DNA of 64,000 nucleotides from Cyanophora paradoxa CCMP329 (lineage: Eukaryota; Plantae; Glaucophyta), in assembly GCA_004431415.1 (NCBI GenBank), contig QPMI01000079.1, positions 62,001 through 126,000 on the forward strand, in the 5' to 3' direction. Below the pieces are notes generated by a model that was not told the origin of the DNA, made no database searches, and was given only the letters and a program-made list of their open reading frames with translations. Each line of letters starts with the position of its first letter. The stretch's first letter is position 1. Below, piece by piece: positions 10,278 to 24,200 of the stretch. The translations under genes and the position numbers were made by a program.

Positions 10278-12238
10278 TCACTCGTACAGCAGCTTGGAGA
10301 GTATGCCGGGGTACCCCGAGACGCCCGCGAGCTCCGCGGTCGGCCCCGCCGGCCTCTCCGCGCAGTCCAGCGGCAGCGTCACCTTGGATGGGGCAGGGGA
10401 TGAGCGGGAGCGGTACGCGGGGAGAGGACGGGGCGGGGCGAAGGGGCACCTGCTCCCCCCGGACGATGGGGCGGGTGGCGTACAGGACGGGGCAGCAGGC
10501 GCCCGCCGCGAAGTACCTGGGGGTACGCCTCAAAGGCGTGAGGGGCGGGCAGGAAAGAGGGGAGGGGTACCGGAAGAATCGCGCGTTGGGCTTGTCGCTG
10601 CGGCGCACGAAGGCGGCGAGGGTACCCTCCGACAGCGCCGACACGACGGGCGCGGGGGCGGGCCCGCCCAGCTGATCTCCGCATTCCTGTACCCGCTCCC
10701 GTCAAAGATAGAAGAAAGAAAGAAAGAGGGGGTACCGCACCACAAGGTCAGTGTCATTTTCGGCACAGTCGTTGAGGAGTTCCGCCCGGTAGAGCCACAG
10801 CGGCTGCGCCTGCGGGGGGCGCCCGTTCATGCGGGCTCCGGGAGGGGGAGGAGGGAAGGGGCTGGGGGGGGGGGGGGGGGGTACGGGCCTCGAGATCGTT
10901 GTCGCGGTTGCCGCCGCCGCGGATGCTGAGGCGCCCGCCGTAGTGCGCCACGTACTCCCCCGGCGCAACGTCCCGCGCCGCGAAGGTCGCGTACCCCACC
11001 CCCTCCACCCACCCCAGCTGCGGGGTGCGCGCATCAGCCGAGCCGGGTGGGTGGGTGGGTGGGGCCGAGGCGGGGGGGTACGGCGGCGCACGACGAGGTT
11101 GTCCTCTTCGAGGCAGCCGGGGCCGCCGCGGAGGCGGGGGGCGACGGCGGTGCGGAGGGAGTTCTGCTGGTCCGGCGACAGGTCGGGCCAGTCGGCCGCC
11201 GTGCTCTCCAACCGCGTCCGCAGCAGGTAGAGCAGGTACTGCATCGTACCCCGCCACCCGGGGAGCAGACGGAAGGGGCGCCCCAGCCGCCCCGCGATCT
11301 CCGCCTCGGCCTCGGGCACGGAGAGGGAGCGGATCTCGTCCGAGGCTGGGTCGTAGAGGCGGACGCGAACGGCGGCGAGGGGCGCGCGGGGCGGGGCGAA
11401 AAGGGCGCGGAGGCAAGAGACGGGCCCGTCGGACACGAAGCTGAAGAAGCCGCCGGAGAAGGCTGTTGGCCGCCGGCTGATCTGCTCCGGGACGAGCTGG
11501 GGGGGCGCGTGCTGCATCGCGAGGCGAACGATCTCCGGCTCGTTCGTCTGCGCGCGGCGCCGCGTGAGCGCTGCAAAGGCGAGGGCGAGGGCGAGGGCGG
11601 AGGGGCGCGCGAGGTAGGCGAAGTGGGCGGGGGACCACGGCGTCCACTCGTTCGCCAGCGTCGTCCAGGCCATCAATGGGTCCGGGTGCGCCTCAAGCAG
11701 CGCCCTCGCCCACTCCACGCTGCCCGCCCCGTTCGCTCAGCCGCCGGCCGTGGCCGCAGGGAGCGCCCGATCGATACCGAGCGGTGCGCACAACCCTCTC
11801 ATGACCGCGATGTGCAGCGCGGTGTATCTGCGGCGCGAAGCGCTCTCAGCGATCGAGCGGCTCGCAAACACGCCGGCGCCAATCGCACCTGTGGAGCGGA
11901 AGCCATGCTATCGACGGGTGCATGTTCTGCGCGAGGGCCAAGCTCTAGCTTTCCCGCGCAGAGCGTTTCTTCGGCGGGAAGAGAGGCACCGGGTCGTTAG
12001 TGAGGTCGGCGCGCCAATTCGCGTAGTTAGTGATCATGGCCTGCATGGCGCGCTTGTGCTTTGTGGAGAACTTCGGTATAGGCTTCGTGGGCACGGGGCT
12101 CTTAAAGAGCTCCTCGAAGACAGGGTGCAGGCGCTGCTTTGCTTCATGCTTGTAATCGCCAGAGAGCCGCATTTCCACACGGATGATGTACGCCGCCTCG
12201 AAAGAGAGCGCTTTCACTAGCTCCTCGCTGATGGCCAT
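10278..12238 (-). CDS. Ankyrin-repeat + divergent SET-domain protein
   Basis: Spliced product contains YTALHIAVMRGFVEWARALLE and WSPAHFAYLTNEPEIVRLAM (ankyrin-like). These are followed by GVGYATFAARDVAPGEYVAHYGG, GTLAAFVRRSDKPNARF and VLYATRPIVRGEQVTL (SET motifs). Confidence 0.7.
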
Positions 12239-12280
12239 GTCTGCTGGGGCGAACGTCGCCTGCGCGCCGTGTGATCCAAC

Positions 12281-12330
12281 GGGGTGCGATCCCCGGCGAG
12301 CGCGGCTGGGGTGCGATCCCCGGCGAGCGC
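12281..12330. repeat. 23-bp direct repeat x2 in the short divergent intergenic region between the SET and GBF1 genes
   Basis: ggggtgcgatccccggcgagcgc at 12281-12303 and 12308-12330. Confidence 0.8.
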
Positions 12331-12521
12331 TGCTGACGGGCGGCTGAGGCTCCTCGCGGCGCTAACACCGTGAACCACCAGACGGCGACGTACACGCGGC
12401 CTGGCGCTCGCCGGAACTGCCTACTCGGCTCGCAGTCACTTCGCAGCAGTCTTCGCTCAGAATTTCGAAGGGGGTTACAGACGTTTCTTGGTTCAGTGGA
12501 GGGTACAGCGCGAGCGGCAGC

Positions 12522-15500
12522 ATGGCCGGCGCCTTGGCCCCCCTCATCCATGGGGAGGTCGGCATGCTGCTGGCCGTGATGCGGTCCAACAACAGGTGGA
12601 GCCTGGGCAGTCGGCAGGTTCGAGCTCCCGCCGCCCGCCATGTCGCGCCTCGCCTCACGCGGCGCAGAACCGCGATAGCTCTGCTGAGCCGGCGCTGGTC
12701 CGAAACCTCAAGAAGGTCCGCGACGTCGTCTCGGTAGAAAGTGAGTGTCCCACCGCCCGTCCCGGAGTCATGCCTCTCTGACGGGCATCCCGCGTGCCGC
12801 CGCAGATGCACTCACGGAATTGGAGCCGCTGGAATACCTCAAGGCGTTTCTGGACATCATTCGATCCGACCAAACGAGCGGGCCCATCACGCTCGCCGCC
12901 CTCAACTCCGTCTACAAATTCCTCACTACAGGCGTCGTTTGTGCGATCGAATCCGCGCCTAGCTAAGCTCCGCGGCGTGCTGAGGCAGGGCGCAGCCCCG
13001 AACAACGCCCACATCGTGGACACAATGGCAGCCATCTGCGAGTCGGTCGCGCGGTGCAGATTCGAGGGCACAGACGCGAGCGCGGATGAGGTGGTCCTGC
13101 TCCGCATCGTGCAGGTCCGTGCACCCGCTGCGTTCCCACCGTCACCCCTGAGCGGTCCCTGCAGACCCTGCAGGCCGCCGTTCAGTGCAGCGCCGGCTGC
13201 TTCCTCACAGATGCAGCCATCATAGAGTGCGTGCAGAGCATCTACCGGATCAACCGCTCGAGCCGCTTCTCCGGTGCCGGCTGCCGCCGTCGCCGCCGCG
13301 CCGCACCGACGCACGCCGCTCACGCGGCGCAGAGCTGCTCCGCAAGTCGGCCGAGTTTGCTCTGACGGAGATCCTGAAGACTGCGTTCGGAAGGCGCGGC
13401 GCCCTCCCTTCTGCTTCCTTTTCCGGCCTCATTTCGGCGCGGCCCACAGGCTGGAAGACCTGGTGAGGGAGAAAGAGCGACAGGCGGAGCTCCAGACGAC
13501 CGTGGAGGCCGCAGAAGCCTCCGCTGAAGATCCGGAGTCGGCGCGTAGTGCGTTTGCGGTCCCTTCCGGCCCGCCGGCCGCCACTGTCTCCGCCCGCCCC
13601 GCCGACGGCGCGCGCGCAGTGCTCCGCAGCATTCTGGAGCGAAGCGAGTCGTTCAATCTGACCGGATCGCGACCCGGCCGGCCGTCGGGGAGCCCGAGGG
13701 CGGATCCGGAGGGGAAGGACGCGGCGCAACGTTCCCCCAAGTCGGAAGGGGGCCAGGGGAGCGCGGCGCCCTCGCCCGCACCGCCGCCCGCACCGCCGCC
13801 GACGCCGGCGCCGGAGCAAGGGGCGGGGGACTCGGCGCGGGCTTCGCCGGCTCCCGAGGCGCGCGCAGGGGTCGTGAACGAGGCTCGGCCCTCGCCCTCG
13901 CCGCCGCCGGAGCCCCGCGTCTCCCCCCGGCAGCAGCAGCAGGAAGCCCGCGCCTCCCCTCCGCCGCCGCCGCTGGCGCCGCCGGCGCCGGCCAAGCCGC
14001 ACGCCGCGACGCCCGTGCCGACCTCGGGATCGGACCGGATCACGCCCCTCCCGCACTCGGCGTCGAGCCCGGCCATCGCAGACGCGGCCCGGCGGACCTC
14101 CTTCAAGGCCCAGCTGCCGCCGCCGCCCGCCAGCGGCGACGACGCCGGCGGCCCCAAGGGCCCCTACGGCCTTTCCTCCATCGCCGAGATCTTCCGGTGC
14201 GCGTGCCCTCAACGCCCCGCGCGGAGGCGGTCGCCGATCCCCGCGCCAGGTTCCTCGTCTCTTGCTCGGCGGAGGGTACCCTGGCGGCGGGCGGGGCCGG
14301 GGGCGCGGGGGCGGCGGCGGCGGGCGGGGCGCACCACCCGGAGGACCTGCGGCTGCTGGGCCTGCAGCTGGTGGCCGCGGCGCTCGAGGCGGCCGGCCCC
14401 GCCGTCGTGCGCGCCGACCGCATGCTGGACCTGCTCCGCAACGAGCTGCCGCGCGCCATCATGCAGGTGCCCCCTGCCCCCGCTCTCCCCCCCTTCTCGC
14501 TCTCTCTCCCCCCGACGGGAGAGCAGAACACGCGGACGGAGAGCAACGCGCTGCTGGCGGCGGCGCTGCGGGCCTTCTCCGCGCTTGTCTCGGTCGCCTG
14601 GCCCGAGCTCAAGCTCCAGGTCGAGTTCTTCGTCTCCCAGGTCCGCCCGCCCGCCCAAGGCACTTGTTTCTTCGGGCCCTCCAGCGCGGGTCCGTGCTGA
14701 CGGGGCGGGCGGGCGCGCCGGGCCCGCCGGCGGCAGGTGTACCTGCGGCTCTTCGACAACAAGCACGTGACGTACGAGCAGCAGGAGCTCATCCTGGAAT
14801 CCCTCGTCGACCTCTGCCGCGACCGCGACGGTGCGCGCCCCGCGCCATCTCGGATTGAGGTCGCGAGGAGCGGGCGGGCGGGCGCCTGACGCGGGCGGGG
14901 CCGGGCCGCCGGGCCGCAGTGCTGGCGGACATGTACGTCTCGTACGACTGCGACCTGCAGCGCTCCAACCTCTTCGAGGCGCTCGCCAAGTTCCTCGCCA
15001 AGAACGCCTTTCCCGTCAGGTCCGTCCGTGCCCCGGGGCCGCCCCAGGGACCCTCCTCCGCGGGGCGCCGCTGACGGAGGCCCCCTCGCACGCACTGCAG
15101 CGGCCCGCTGCAGACGGTGCACGGGCAGTGCTTCGACGGCCTCCTCGCCGTCGTCTCGCGCCTGGCGGCGCACGCGGCGGCCGCCTCCGTGCTCCCCACG
15201 CGGGCCCCCTCGGCGGCGCTCTCGCCGGCGAGCTCGGGCGGGGACGAGGCGGCGGCGCAGCAGCCGCTGGCGATGCTGCGGCGGCAGCTGCAGGGCGGGG
15301 CGCCCCGGTCGGGGGAGGCGCTGTACCGCCAGAAGCAGCTGAAGCGCAAGTTCGGGGCCTGCGCGGACGCCTTCAACCGGGACGCCAAGAAGGGCCTCGA
15401 GATGCTCGTCTCGCAGGGCCTCGCCTCGGACCCCCTGACGCCCGAGGCCGTCGCCGCCTTCCTGCGCTTCACCCCGGGCCTCCAGAAGCGCCTCGTCGGC

Positions 15501-18099
15501 GACTACCTCGGCGAGAACGAGCCCTTTGGTGACCCCGCCCCGCCCCGCCCGTCCCTGCCCTCCCTTCTTACGTCTGCGACGAGCCCCCTTGTACTAGTAT
15601 GAGTGTTGGAGTTAGCGCCCAGCTTGACTCGTACATAACCAGCTCTAGCCCCTGCCCCCCGCCGCCCCCCTCTGACCGATGGCCCGCCGCGCAGTGCTGG
15701 CGGTGCTGGCGGCGTTCGCGCGCTCGTTCGACTTCGCGGGGGAGAAGCTGGACGAGGCGCTGCGGCTCTACCTCGAGGCCTTCCGCCTCCCCGGCGAGGC
15801 CCAGAAGATCGACCGCATCGTCCAGGCACGCCCCGGCCCCGCCGCACGCGACCGCCCCGCTGTTCTTTCTGAGGCGGCCCGCGCCGCGCCGCAGGCGTTC
15901 GCGGACCGGTACTACGAGCAGAACGCGGGGGCGACGGCCTACGCGAACTCGGACGCCTGCTACACGCTCACCTTCTCCCTCATCATGCTCAACACCGACC
16001 AGGCGCGCGCGCGCGCGAGCGCACGGGCGCCCGGGGCGCGACGGGGCGCCGGGGGCGCCGTGCTGACGGCGGCGGCGAGCAGCACAACCGGACGATCAAG
16101 AAGAAGATGACGGTGGAGGACTTCGTGAAGAACAACCGGGGCATCAACGGCAGCGGCGACGTCCCCCGCGACGTCCTCGAGGAGATGTACCGCGTGCGCC
16201 GCCGGCCGAGGGCGGGGCGAGGGGCGGCGGGGGCGGCGGGGGCGGCGGGGGCGGCGGGGGCGGGAGCGGAGGGCAGCTGCTCGCTCGCCCCCGCGTCCGC
16301 CGGCGGCCAAGGGCGGGGCGGTCGTAACTCGGCCGGATGCTCGCTCGCTTCCGTTCTCCAGGCCGGCCGCGTCGGGCGGGGCAGGGCGGGCGTGGGCATC
16401 GCTTATCTACCCTTCTTAAGCGGGGCTCCGCCGCCGGCGCCGACTCGCGGCCCCCGCAGAGCATCTCGACGAACGAGATCAAGCTCTCGGACGAGCAGGC
16501 CGCCGGCGAGGCCCTCACGACCGCCCGCTGGCTCGAGACCATCAAGAAGGCCGCCACCGCCGGCCCCCTCGCCCCCCCGCCCCCGGGGGCCCCCCTCCAC
16601 CTCCGGTCCGTCCTACCCCCCCACTCTCTCTTCCCCCCCGACGCTCTGCGCTCAGGGACATGTTTCTGCTGGTGTGGGCGCCGGCGCTGAGCGCCCTCTC
16701 CGTCATCTTCGACGTCTCCGGCGAGTCCAGCGCCCTCGACAAGGTATCCCCCCCCCCCCCCCCCTTGCCTTCGCCCCTCGGCTGACCCGCGCTCCGCTTC
16801 GCGCAGTGCGTGACGGGCTTCCACCGGCTGGCGTCCCTCGCGGGGCGCCTGCGCTCCGCTGAGGCCCTCGACGCCATCGTCACCACCCTCGTGCGCTCCG
16901 GCGGGCGCGCGGGCGGGCGGGCTAGAATTAGGCGGGTGGAGGATCAAAGGCGGGGCGGGGCGGGGCGGGGCGGGGCGGGGCGGTTGCCACGCAGCCCGCT
17001 CTAGTCGTGACGTGCCGCAGGTCAAGTTCACGGGCCTGCTGGGGAGCACTGCGGAGGCGCGCCCGGCCCTCCGCGCCCTCGGCCGCAACCACAAGGCCCA
17101 GGTCCCCTTAGGCCGACCACAAGGCCCTCCTCGGCCCCTCCCCTCTGAGGCGCCGCGCAGCTGGCGTGCGCGGCGCTGCTGCGGGTCGCCCGCGACAACG
17201 GCGACTCCCTCTGCGAGGGCTGGCGCTCCGTGCGCCGTACCCCCCTGCCCCCTCCCCCCCACCACCGCTCACCCCTGCTCGCTCAGGTGGTGGACGTGGT
17301 CGTGCGCCTGCGGAAGCTGGACGCCCTCCCCCAGTTCCTCGAGGTCCGCCCGGCGCTCCGCCCCGCCCCCGCCCCGCCCCGCCTCAGGCCTAGACTAGAA
17401 GCGGCGGGGCCTCCGGCCCCTTTTTCTGAGTTGCCCCAGATGGGGGACCTGCTGGACGACGAGGCGAGGGCGCGGGAGGAGGAGGAGGCGGGGCGGCGCC
17501 GCGCCGCGGAGGCCGCCGCCGCCGCCAAGGCCGCCTCGGTCTCCATCTGGTCCTACATCGGCCTCCAGGTGCCCGGGGGCGCCCCCGCGCCGCCTCCCTT
17601 GGCCCTTCTTCTTAGCTTGTCTTGGAGCTTCGACTCCTTCGAGTTCGTCGTTCAGCGCCCCCCGTCGCTCACCTTAGCTCTTCTGAGCTCTTCCAAGCGC
17701 CGCCGCCGCCGCCGCCGCCGCCGCTGAGAGGGCGCCCCTCGTCGCTTCCCTCAGTCGGAGCCGACGGTGGAGGAGCCGACGGAGGAGGAGCTGGAGGAGG
17801 AGCGCAAGGCGCGGGACTTCGCCGCCGCCTGCCGCGTCCACGACCTCTTCGCAGACACCAAGTGCGAGGGGGAGGAGGGAGGGGGAGGGGGAGGCCTAGG
17901 TCGTGAGGGCTGGATGGATCTAAGAGCGCCCGGCGCGGGAGGCCTAGGCGCGGGAGGCCGGGGGTGGAGCTGAGGGCGCCCGGCCGGGCGGCGCAGGTTC
18001 CTGCAGGCGGACTCGCTCACGTTCCTCGTGAAGGCCCTCATCCTCGCGGCGCTCCGCTCCGGCGCCCCCCCGCCGGCGCCCGCCCCCGAGGCCGCCCCC

Positions 18100-18146
<47 letters not shown>

Positions 18147-20519
18147 GCGGGGCGCCTCGCCGGCCCCCGCCCTCCCCGCCCCCGAGATCGAGCCCGACAC
18201 CGGCATCTTCTGCCTCGAGCTCCTCGTTGAGCTGACCCTCCGGTACCCCCCTCCGCTACCCCCCCCCCCCACCCCCCTGCCCCGCCCCGCCTCGCACGTC
18301 TAACCGAGAACAGGAACCGCGACCGGATCACGCTGGTCTGGCCCTTCGTGCACGACTTCGTCTCGGGGATCATCGCCTCGCAGGTCCGGGTTCCGCTCCC
18401 CGCGGCGCCGTTTCGCAGGGGAGGAGGGCTGAGGCCGCCCCGCCCCGCCCCGCCCACCGCGCAGCCGCAGCCCTCGCTCCTCCTGCAGCGCGCCGTCGTG
18501 GGGGTACTGCGCGTCTGCGTCCGCATGCTCCACAAGGAGGAGGTGCCGTACCCCCCTCGCTACCCACCGCCCCCGCCGCGACTCGAACCGGGGTCGCGCA
18601 GGTCATGGAGGACATGCAGCGCTCGCTGGAGCTCGTGGCCGCGCTGGAGGGGCCCCGCGCCGCCGCCCTCGCCGACCGCATCGCATTCGGTACCCTCCAG
18701 GTGCCCCCGTACCCCCCGACCCCTCCTTCCCCCGCGTCCGCACGACCCGAACCTCGCGTGCCCCGCAGGTCGTGAAGGCGAACGCCCCCTACCTCGCCTC
18801 GACGGGCGCCTGCTGGGGGGTACTCCTCTCCCTCGTCGGTGCCCAGGTGATCTCGTAGCCCCCCGCCGGCTCCTCGTCCCGGCTGAGGGACGGGGCGGCA
18901 GGCGCGGCGGGGCGCGCCGTCGGGGGCGGCGGGGCACGCGTTCGAGGCGCTGCAGCTGCTCCTGCTGGCGGACGCGCAGGGCGGGGGCCCCGTCGCGCCG
19001 CCCTCGCCGGCCGCCCTCGCCCCCTGCCTCGCCTCCATCGGCGCCTTCGTCGAGAGCGACGTCGGCGGCCCCGCCCGCTCCGTCGCCGCCCTCGACCTCC
19101 TCGGCTCCCTCAACGCCGCCCTCTCCGCCCCCGCCGCCCCCGCCCCCTCCCCGTCCTCCTCCTCCGCCCCCGCCGGGGGACCCTCCTCCTCCTCCCTCCG
19201 CTCCCTCTCCGCCCCCCCCGTCGACGTCGAGAACATCCCCGACGCCAGCTCCGGTACCCCCGCCTTCCCGCGCACCCGCGCCCCTCCCCGACCCACGAAT
19301 CGCGTACCCCCGCAGAGTACGAGGAGGCGTGGCTCGCGGTGCTGCAGGCCATCGCGGCCGCGTGCGGCGACCCGCGGACCGAGGTCCGCGACCACGCCGT
19401 CGCCCTTCTCCAGGTCACCCCGTACCCCCCGCCCCCACGACCGCGGCCCCTGAGCCGGGGTACAGCACGCGCTGCTGGCGGCGGACGCGGACGCGACGCG
19501 GCGGCTCTCGGCCTCCGCCTGGCGCCACTGCTTCGACCGCGCCCTCTTCCCCGCCATCACCTCCCTGCTCCAGGTGCCCCGCCCCCGCCCCACCGCTGTG
19601 ACCCGTACCCCCGGCCGACGCGCGCGCGCGTACCCCGCAGATATGGGACGACATCCGCGACTACACGCTCCCCACGGGCCTCTCCAAGGTACCCCTCTCT
19701 TCGCCCCTCCCGATCCATCCCTCCGGGGCTGCCGGGCACCGACTCGGCGTGCGCAGGAGGGCGCGGCGGCCGCGCAGGCGAACTACGCACGGGTGCGGGG
19801 GTCTGTCGAGCGCACCCTCAACCGCTCCGCACAGCTCCTCTGCAAGGTGCCGCCCCGCCCCGTCTGCCCGCCCCGCGCCGCCCCGCCCCGCTGGGGGCTC
19901 ACGCGCCCCGGCGCAGTGCTTCCTCCAGCACCTGCACCGCGTCGCCGGCCTTTCCGACTTCCACGGTGCGCAGCCCGGGCTCTAATCCGCGCAGCGCCCG
20001 TTCTGACCTTGACGCGCCCCGCCGCAGTCCTCTGGCTCTCCCTCCTCCACTTCCTCGAGCGGCTCCTCCGGGCCGGCAGGTCCGCGCCCGTACCCCCTGT
20101 CTGGGCCCCGTACCCCCTCGAGCTGCCGCGCAGCGGGGCCAAGGAGAACCTGCTGGCCGAGGCCGTGCCCGAGCAGACCAAGGTTCGACTCCGCGCGGGA
20201 CCGTTGTCGCTCCCCGGCGCCCTGCCCCGCGCCGCCCCGCCCCGCCGACGCCGGAGCAGAACATCCTGCTCGTGATGATGTCGTCGTACCTGCTGGTGTA
20301 CCCCCCCTCGACGTCGGTGCAGCACCGGCTGTGGGACGTCACGTGGCCGGCGCTCGCCTCCTTCTGCCCCCACCTCAAGCTCGAGCTCTTCCCCGACTCC
20401 GAGGCCGCCCCGGGTACCCCCGCTCGCTATCCCTGTACCCCGTCGCGCAGCGGCCTGCTGACGCGGGCGCAGCGGCCCCCGCGCGGAGCCCGGCGCCCCC
20501 GCCGCAGCCCGTCTCGTGA
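12522..20519 (+). CDS. GBF1: Large Sec7-domain ARF guanine-nucleotide exchange factor, GBF1/GNOM family
   Basis: N-terminus LIHGEVGMLLAVMRSNNRW, FLDIIRSDQTSGPITLAALNSVYKF and CRFEGTDASADEVVL. HUS box YVSYDCDLQRSNLFE; Sec7 FRLPGEAQKIDRI and LIMLNTDQHN...MTVEDFVKNNRGIN; C-terminal LAEAVPEQTKNILLVM. Confidence 0.93.
18103..18147 (+). repeat. (CAG/CAA)n polyglutamine tract in a GBF1 exon
   Basis: About 15 consecutive CAG/CAA codons in frame. Confidence 0.9.
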
Positions 20520-21240
20520 GCGGCCTCGATTCTTCCCCCCTCCCCCTCCCGTGTCCCCACCCCCCTTCCAGTTCCTGGAACCCGCCCCCCAGCCTGCACT
20601 CTCGCATGTTCTTTAAATTTGAAGTCCGCCAGAAGTGAATCATGATCAGGGCCAAGTCGATCGCGAGGCCGGGACGAGCGAGGCCAGCAGAAATATTAAT
20701 GCAGATGTAGAGCAACATGGCCAGACGTCGACCTAGCATATATACCTCATCATCAGCAGCTATAGCTGTCCGAGCTTTTTTTTCGGTACTTATCCGTACC
20801 CCTCATACCAGTGCCGGAGCACTGCTAGCGCTGGAGCTCACTAGACAGCATTGCACGTGCCAGCAGCGCCGCGCGCGGCGGTCGTGAGCATGCGCACAGC
20901 ACCGGACCCGCGCCTGCAGCGATCAGCGGCCATATTCCGCGTCAATCGCCCACCTCGCCCGCTTTCGCAATGGCTGCGGAGGGCTCGCGGGAGCGCTGAC
21001 TACGAGAGAAGGCTGGCCGCATCCGATCCATACCGCAGACGAGCTTTTTTCAAGTGCGATAGGCGGCGGACGCGATTCTTCTTCTGCTTCTCTCGACAAG
21101 ACCGAGAGCTGCGGCTGCCGCGCGCCCCCGCGGCCGCTCCACAAGATCGGGGGGGCTTTTTCAACAGCATCGTGTGCGTTCCAACTTCCAACGCGCCTAA
21201 ACGCTTCGCGCATCGTCGTTGACAGGTCGGAGCGACTAAC

Positions 21241-24200
21241 ATGACCGGACCGACCGCGCGCATGCGCAGGGCATGCGCAGCTGCCGCGGAGAGAAGTGCA
21301 CGTAGCAGCCGTCTCTCTCGTCTCGCGACTGCCCTCTTCCGACGGATACCGTTCGCGGGACGGCTCTTCAGCGGAAGGAAGCGCAGCCGCAGCGAGTTCG
21401 AAGATCTAGATCTAGCTATAGAGGAGGAGCTCGAGGAGGAAGCGGAGGAGATCTCAGAGCTGCGCGCCGCTCTCGAGCGCGCACAGGAGGAGCTGGCCGC
21501 GGAGCAAGCCCTCCCTGTGACGAAGTACACGTATCCGTTTCCCGTGTATCTGGATCACCAGATCCCCGCTGCGCATGCTACTCGGTGCGTGTCATACTCA
21601 CGCGCGCCCGCGGCCGACGCCTTCGCGGACTGGCTTCCCCTGACGCCCGCGGCTTCCGCAGCGCATGCGCAGCGCGGAGCGTGGAGGTGCGGCTGCAGGT
21701 GGATGGCGCTGCGGCGCCGCGGCCGACTGGCGAGCGAGCGAAGCTGCGCGAGGCGATCTTGGCTACAAAGCTCGTACGGCGTGACTGCCTGCAGCAGCGG
21801 ACCGGCGTCTTCGTTGCGGTGGTGAGGGGCCCCGAGGAGAAACCGACCCCCGCCGCGCTTCCGGACGATGTTCTCGTGCACGTCTTCGAGCTGATTGTGG
21901 AGGTCCGCACGGCCGCGGGCGCGGCCCGCCGCTCCCTCCATGCATATGGCCAGCTGCTTAACCGGAGCTTAACCTCGAGCTCGTTCTGCGCAGCGGGGCA
22001 AGAGGGAGAAGGCCCTCCTGCAGTCGCACCAGCTTCTCTGCACGGCGATGCGCGTCTCCCGCCGATGGCACCGTCTTGCCTCTGACCCCTGCCTCTGGTC
22101 CACGTTCCACCTCCGGTGTGCCTGCCCTCGCAATCACTTGCATGTCGCCCTCGTGACTGCCCCGTGCAGCGCGCACGTGTTTCAACTGCCATGGACCTTC
22201 CATGCGCTCGCGACGCTGCCGCGGTTCCGGTCCCTCTCGCACCTGATCCTGGACGTTTTCTTGTCGGGCACTGTCTGTTCGCGGGACTTCTTACTGGAAG
22301 TCCTCCTCGCGTTTGAGGACGGCCGCGCGAGGAGGGCCGGCGGGAGCTCGAGGGGCGCGACCCCGCCGCCTCTCAGCAGTGTGCGATCCCTCGAACTCAG
22401 CTTCTTCGAGGTGCGCATACAGATAAATTATTCACATGAGCTTTAGAATATATGTATGCGGCATTGCCTCTCGATGTGATCGGGTGCCGCTCAGTCGGAT
22501 GACATCATGAGCACCATTGTGGAGTGCAACACTGAATGGTTTCAGGGTTGGGGTCGTCAGCCCCTCGCTGAAGGTCGCATCGCGGCGGTTCCCCAGCTCC
22601 TCCCCTGGATTCCGGCGTGCACGGCAGCAGACCTGCAGGAAGCCTTCTCCCCCGACCTTTGCAGCACGAAATGCGAAGCGTTCGCTGTGGCAGGTGCCGT
22701 GCACGACCCCACTCCGTCATAGGCCTGCTGCTGGCTCCTCGGTTTAACGTTGAATTCTGATCTGCGCCCGGTCCCGCAGCCGACGTCCTGCGCGTCTCAG
22801 AGCGCTTTCCTGGACTGCAGGAGCTCTCGCTGCCTGGCGAGCGCGCCGGACGCCTCCCCGCCATTAGCCGCCTCGGCGGGCCCTCCAGCCTTATTGAGCG
22901 GTGCGTGCTTGGCTACAGCCTCCCGCGCTCGCGCTTGCCGTGCTCGTGGTGCTTCCGACAATTGCAACCTCTATAGCTAATTATAACATTCTGAATGTGC
23001 AGGCTCGACATCCGTGCGCACTTTAGCAGGGATGCGGGCAGCGCTCCCCTCTTCCGCAACGCGGTCAGCTCTTTGATTCAATTTCATAGTTTCTCACACA
23101 CATATATATATACTCCGTTCATGATTCCTGGCCGTACGTATACGTCGTCACTGCCATTGCAGTTCCCGAGGGTGCAGTGGTTGCGGTGTGCCGTGGCGGA
23201 AGGAGCGGAGGGCATGGCACAGCTGCTCGCGTCCTTGGCGGTCGGGAGGGATGCATCTGCAGCTGCGGCGCCGTCGGCTGGCGATCTGCAGCTGGACAAG
23301 CTGGTGGTTGTCGACGTCGACTTCGGTGGCGCCCACGACGGGCCGGTGGGGCAGCTGCGCTCCTGCCTGCAGCGCACCCGGCCGCGGGTCCTCGTCCTGA
23401 ACGGCTGTTCGGGCCTCCGCCACCTGGGCAACGCCGTCGCCCCGATCGCGACGGACCCCTCCATCAAGTGCGGCCCCTCCGTCCTGTGCAGAGCTACGTT
23501 CAGGCCCCCCAACCGCGCCGCGCCTCAGGGCGCCGGCCCTCGTGCTTGGCACAAGGACTCTCTTCCGCATGCAGCCCGAGGACCTCCCATGGCTTGCCAG
23601 TGCGTGGCCGTGGGCCCCGCGCCGGCCCGGGCCCGCCCAGGGCTGCTGCACCGTGCCGACATCTTCGATTCCCCCTGCAGGCGGCCCGACGTCGACTGCC
23701 GAGCTTTGGGTGAAATTCGAACGCCGCAATGAGTGCGCGTGCAATTGCAAGCCTCTCGCCTCGCATAACGTGATTAAGACGTCGACATCTCGTGATATCG
23801 ACACTTACACTTCTAGTTCGGCAGGTACGTGTACGACCGGACTGGCGTGACGCAGCTCCTCGAGGCGGCGCTCTCCCTCCCCTCGTTGGAGCGCCTCGTC
23901 CTCTGCAACCCGAGGCCGGAGCACTGCGAGGCGGCCACCCTCCTGGCGAACGTGCGGGCGGAGCGTGGCCTGGAGCCCGCCGCCGTCGAAGATCGCACGA
24001 CGTACACGAGGGACTTGGACTCCAGTCCCATTCTCAGCGATGAAGTTATCGATCCCGCTCTTGCATCCGGATCCTCGTTTCTCGTCTCGCACGTGCACAG
24101 CAACGGCGAGGGCGAGGGCGAGCTCGAGGACAGCGAGGATTCCGAGGGCAGTGGAGGGGGCAGCGAGCTTGAGGGCGACAGTTGCAAGACCGGGGAGGGA

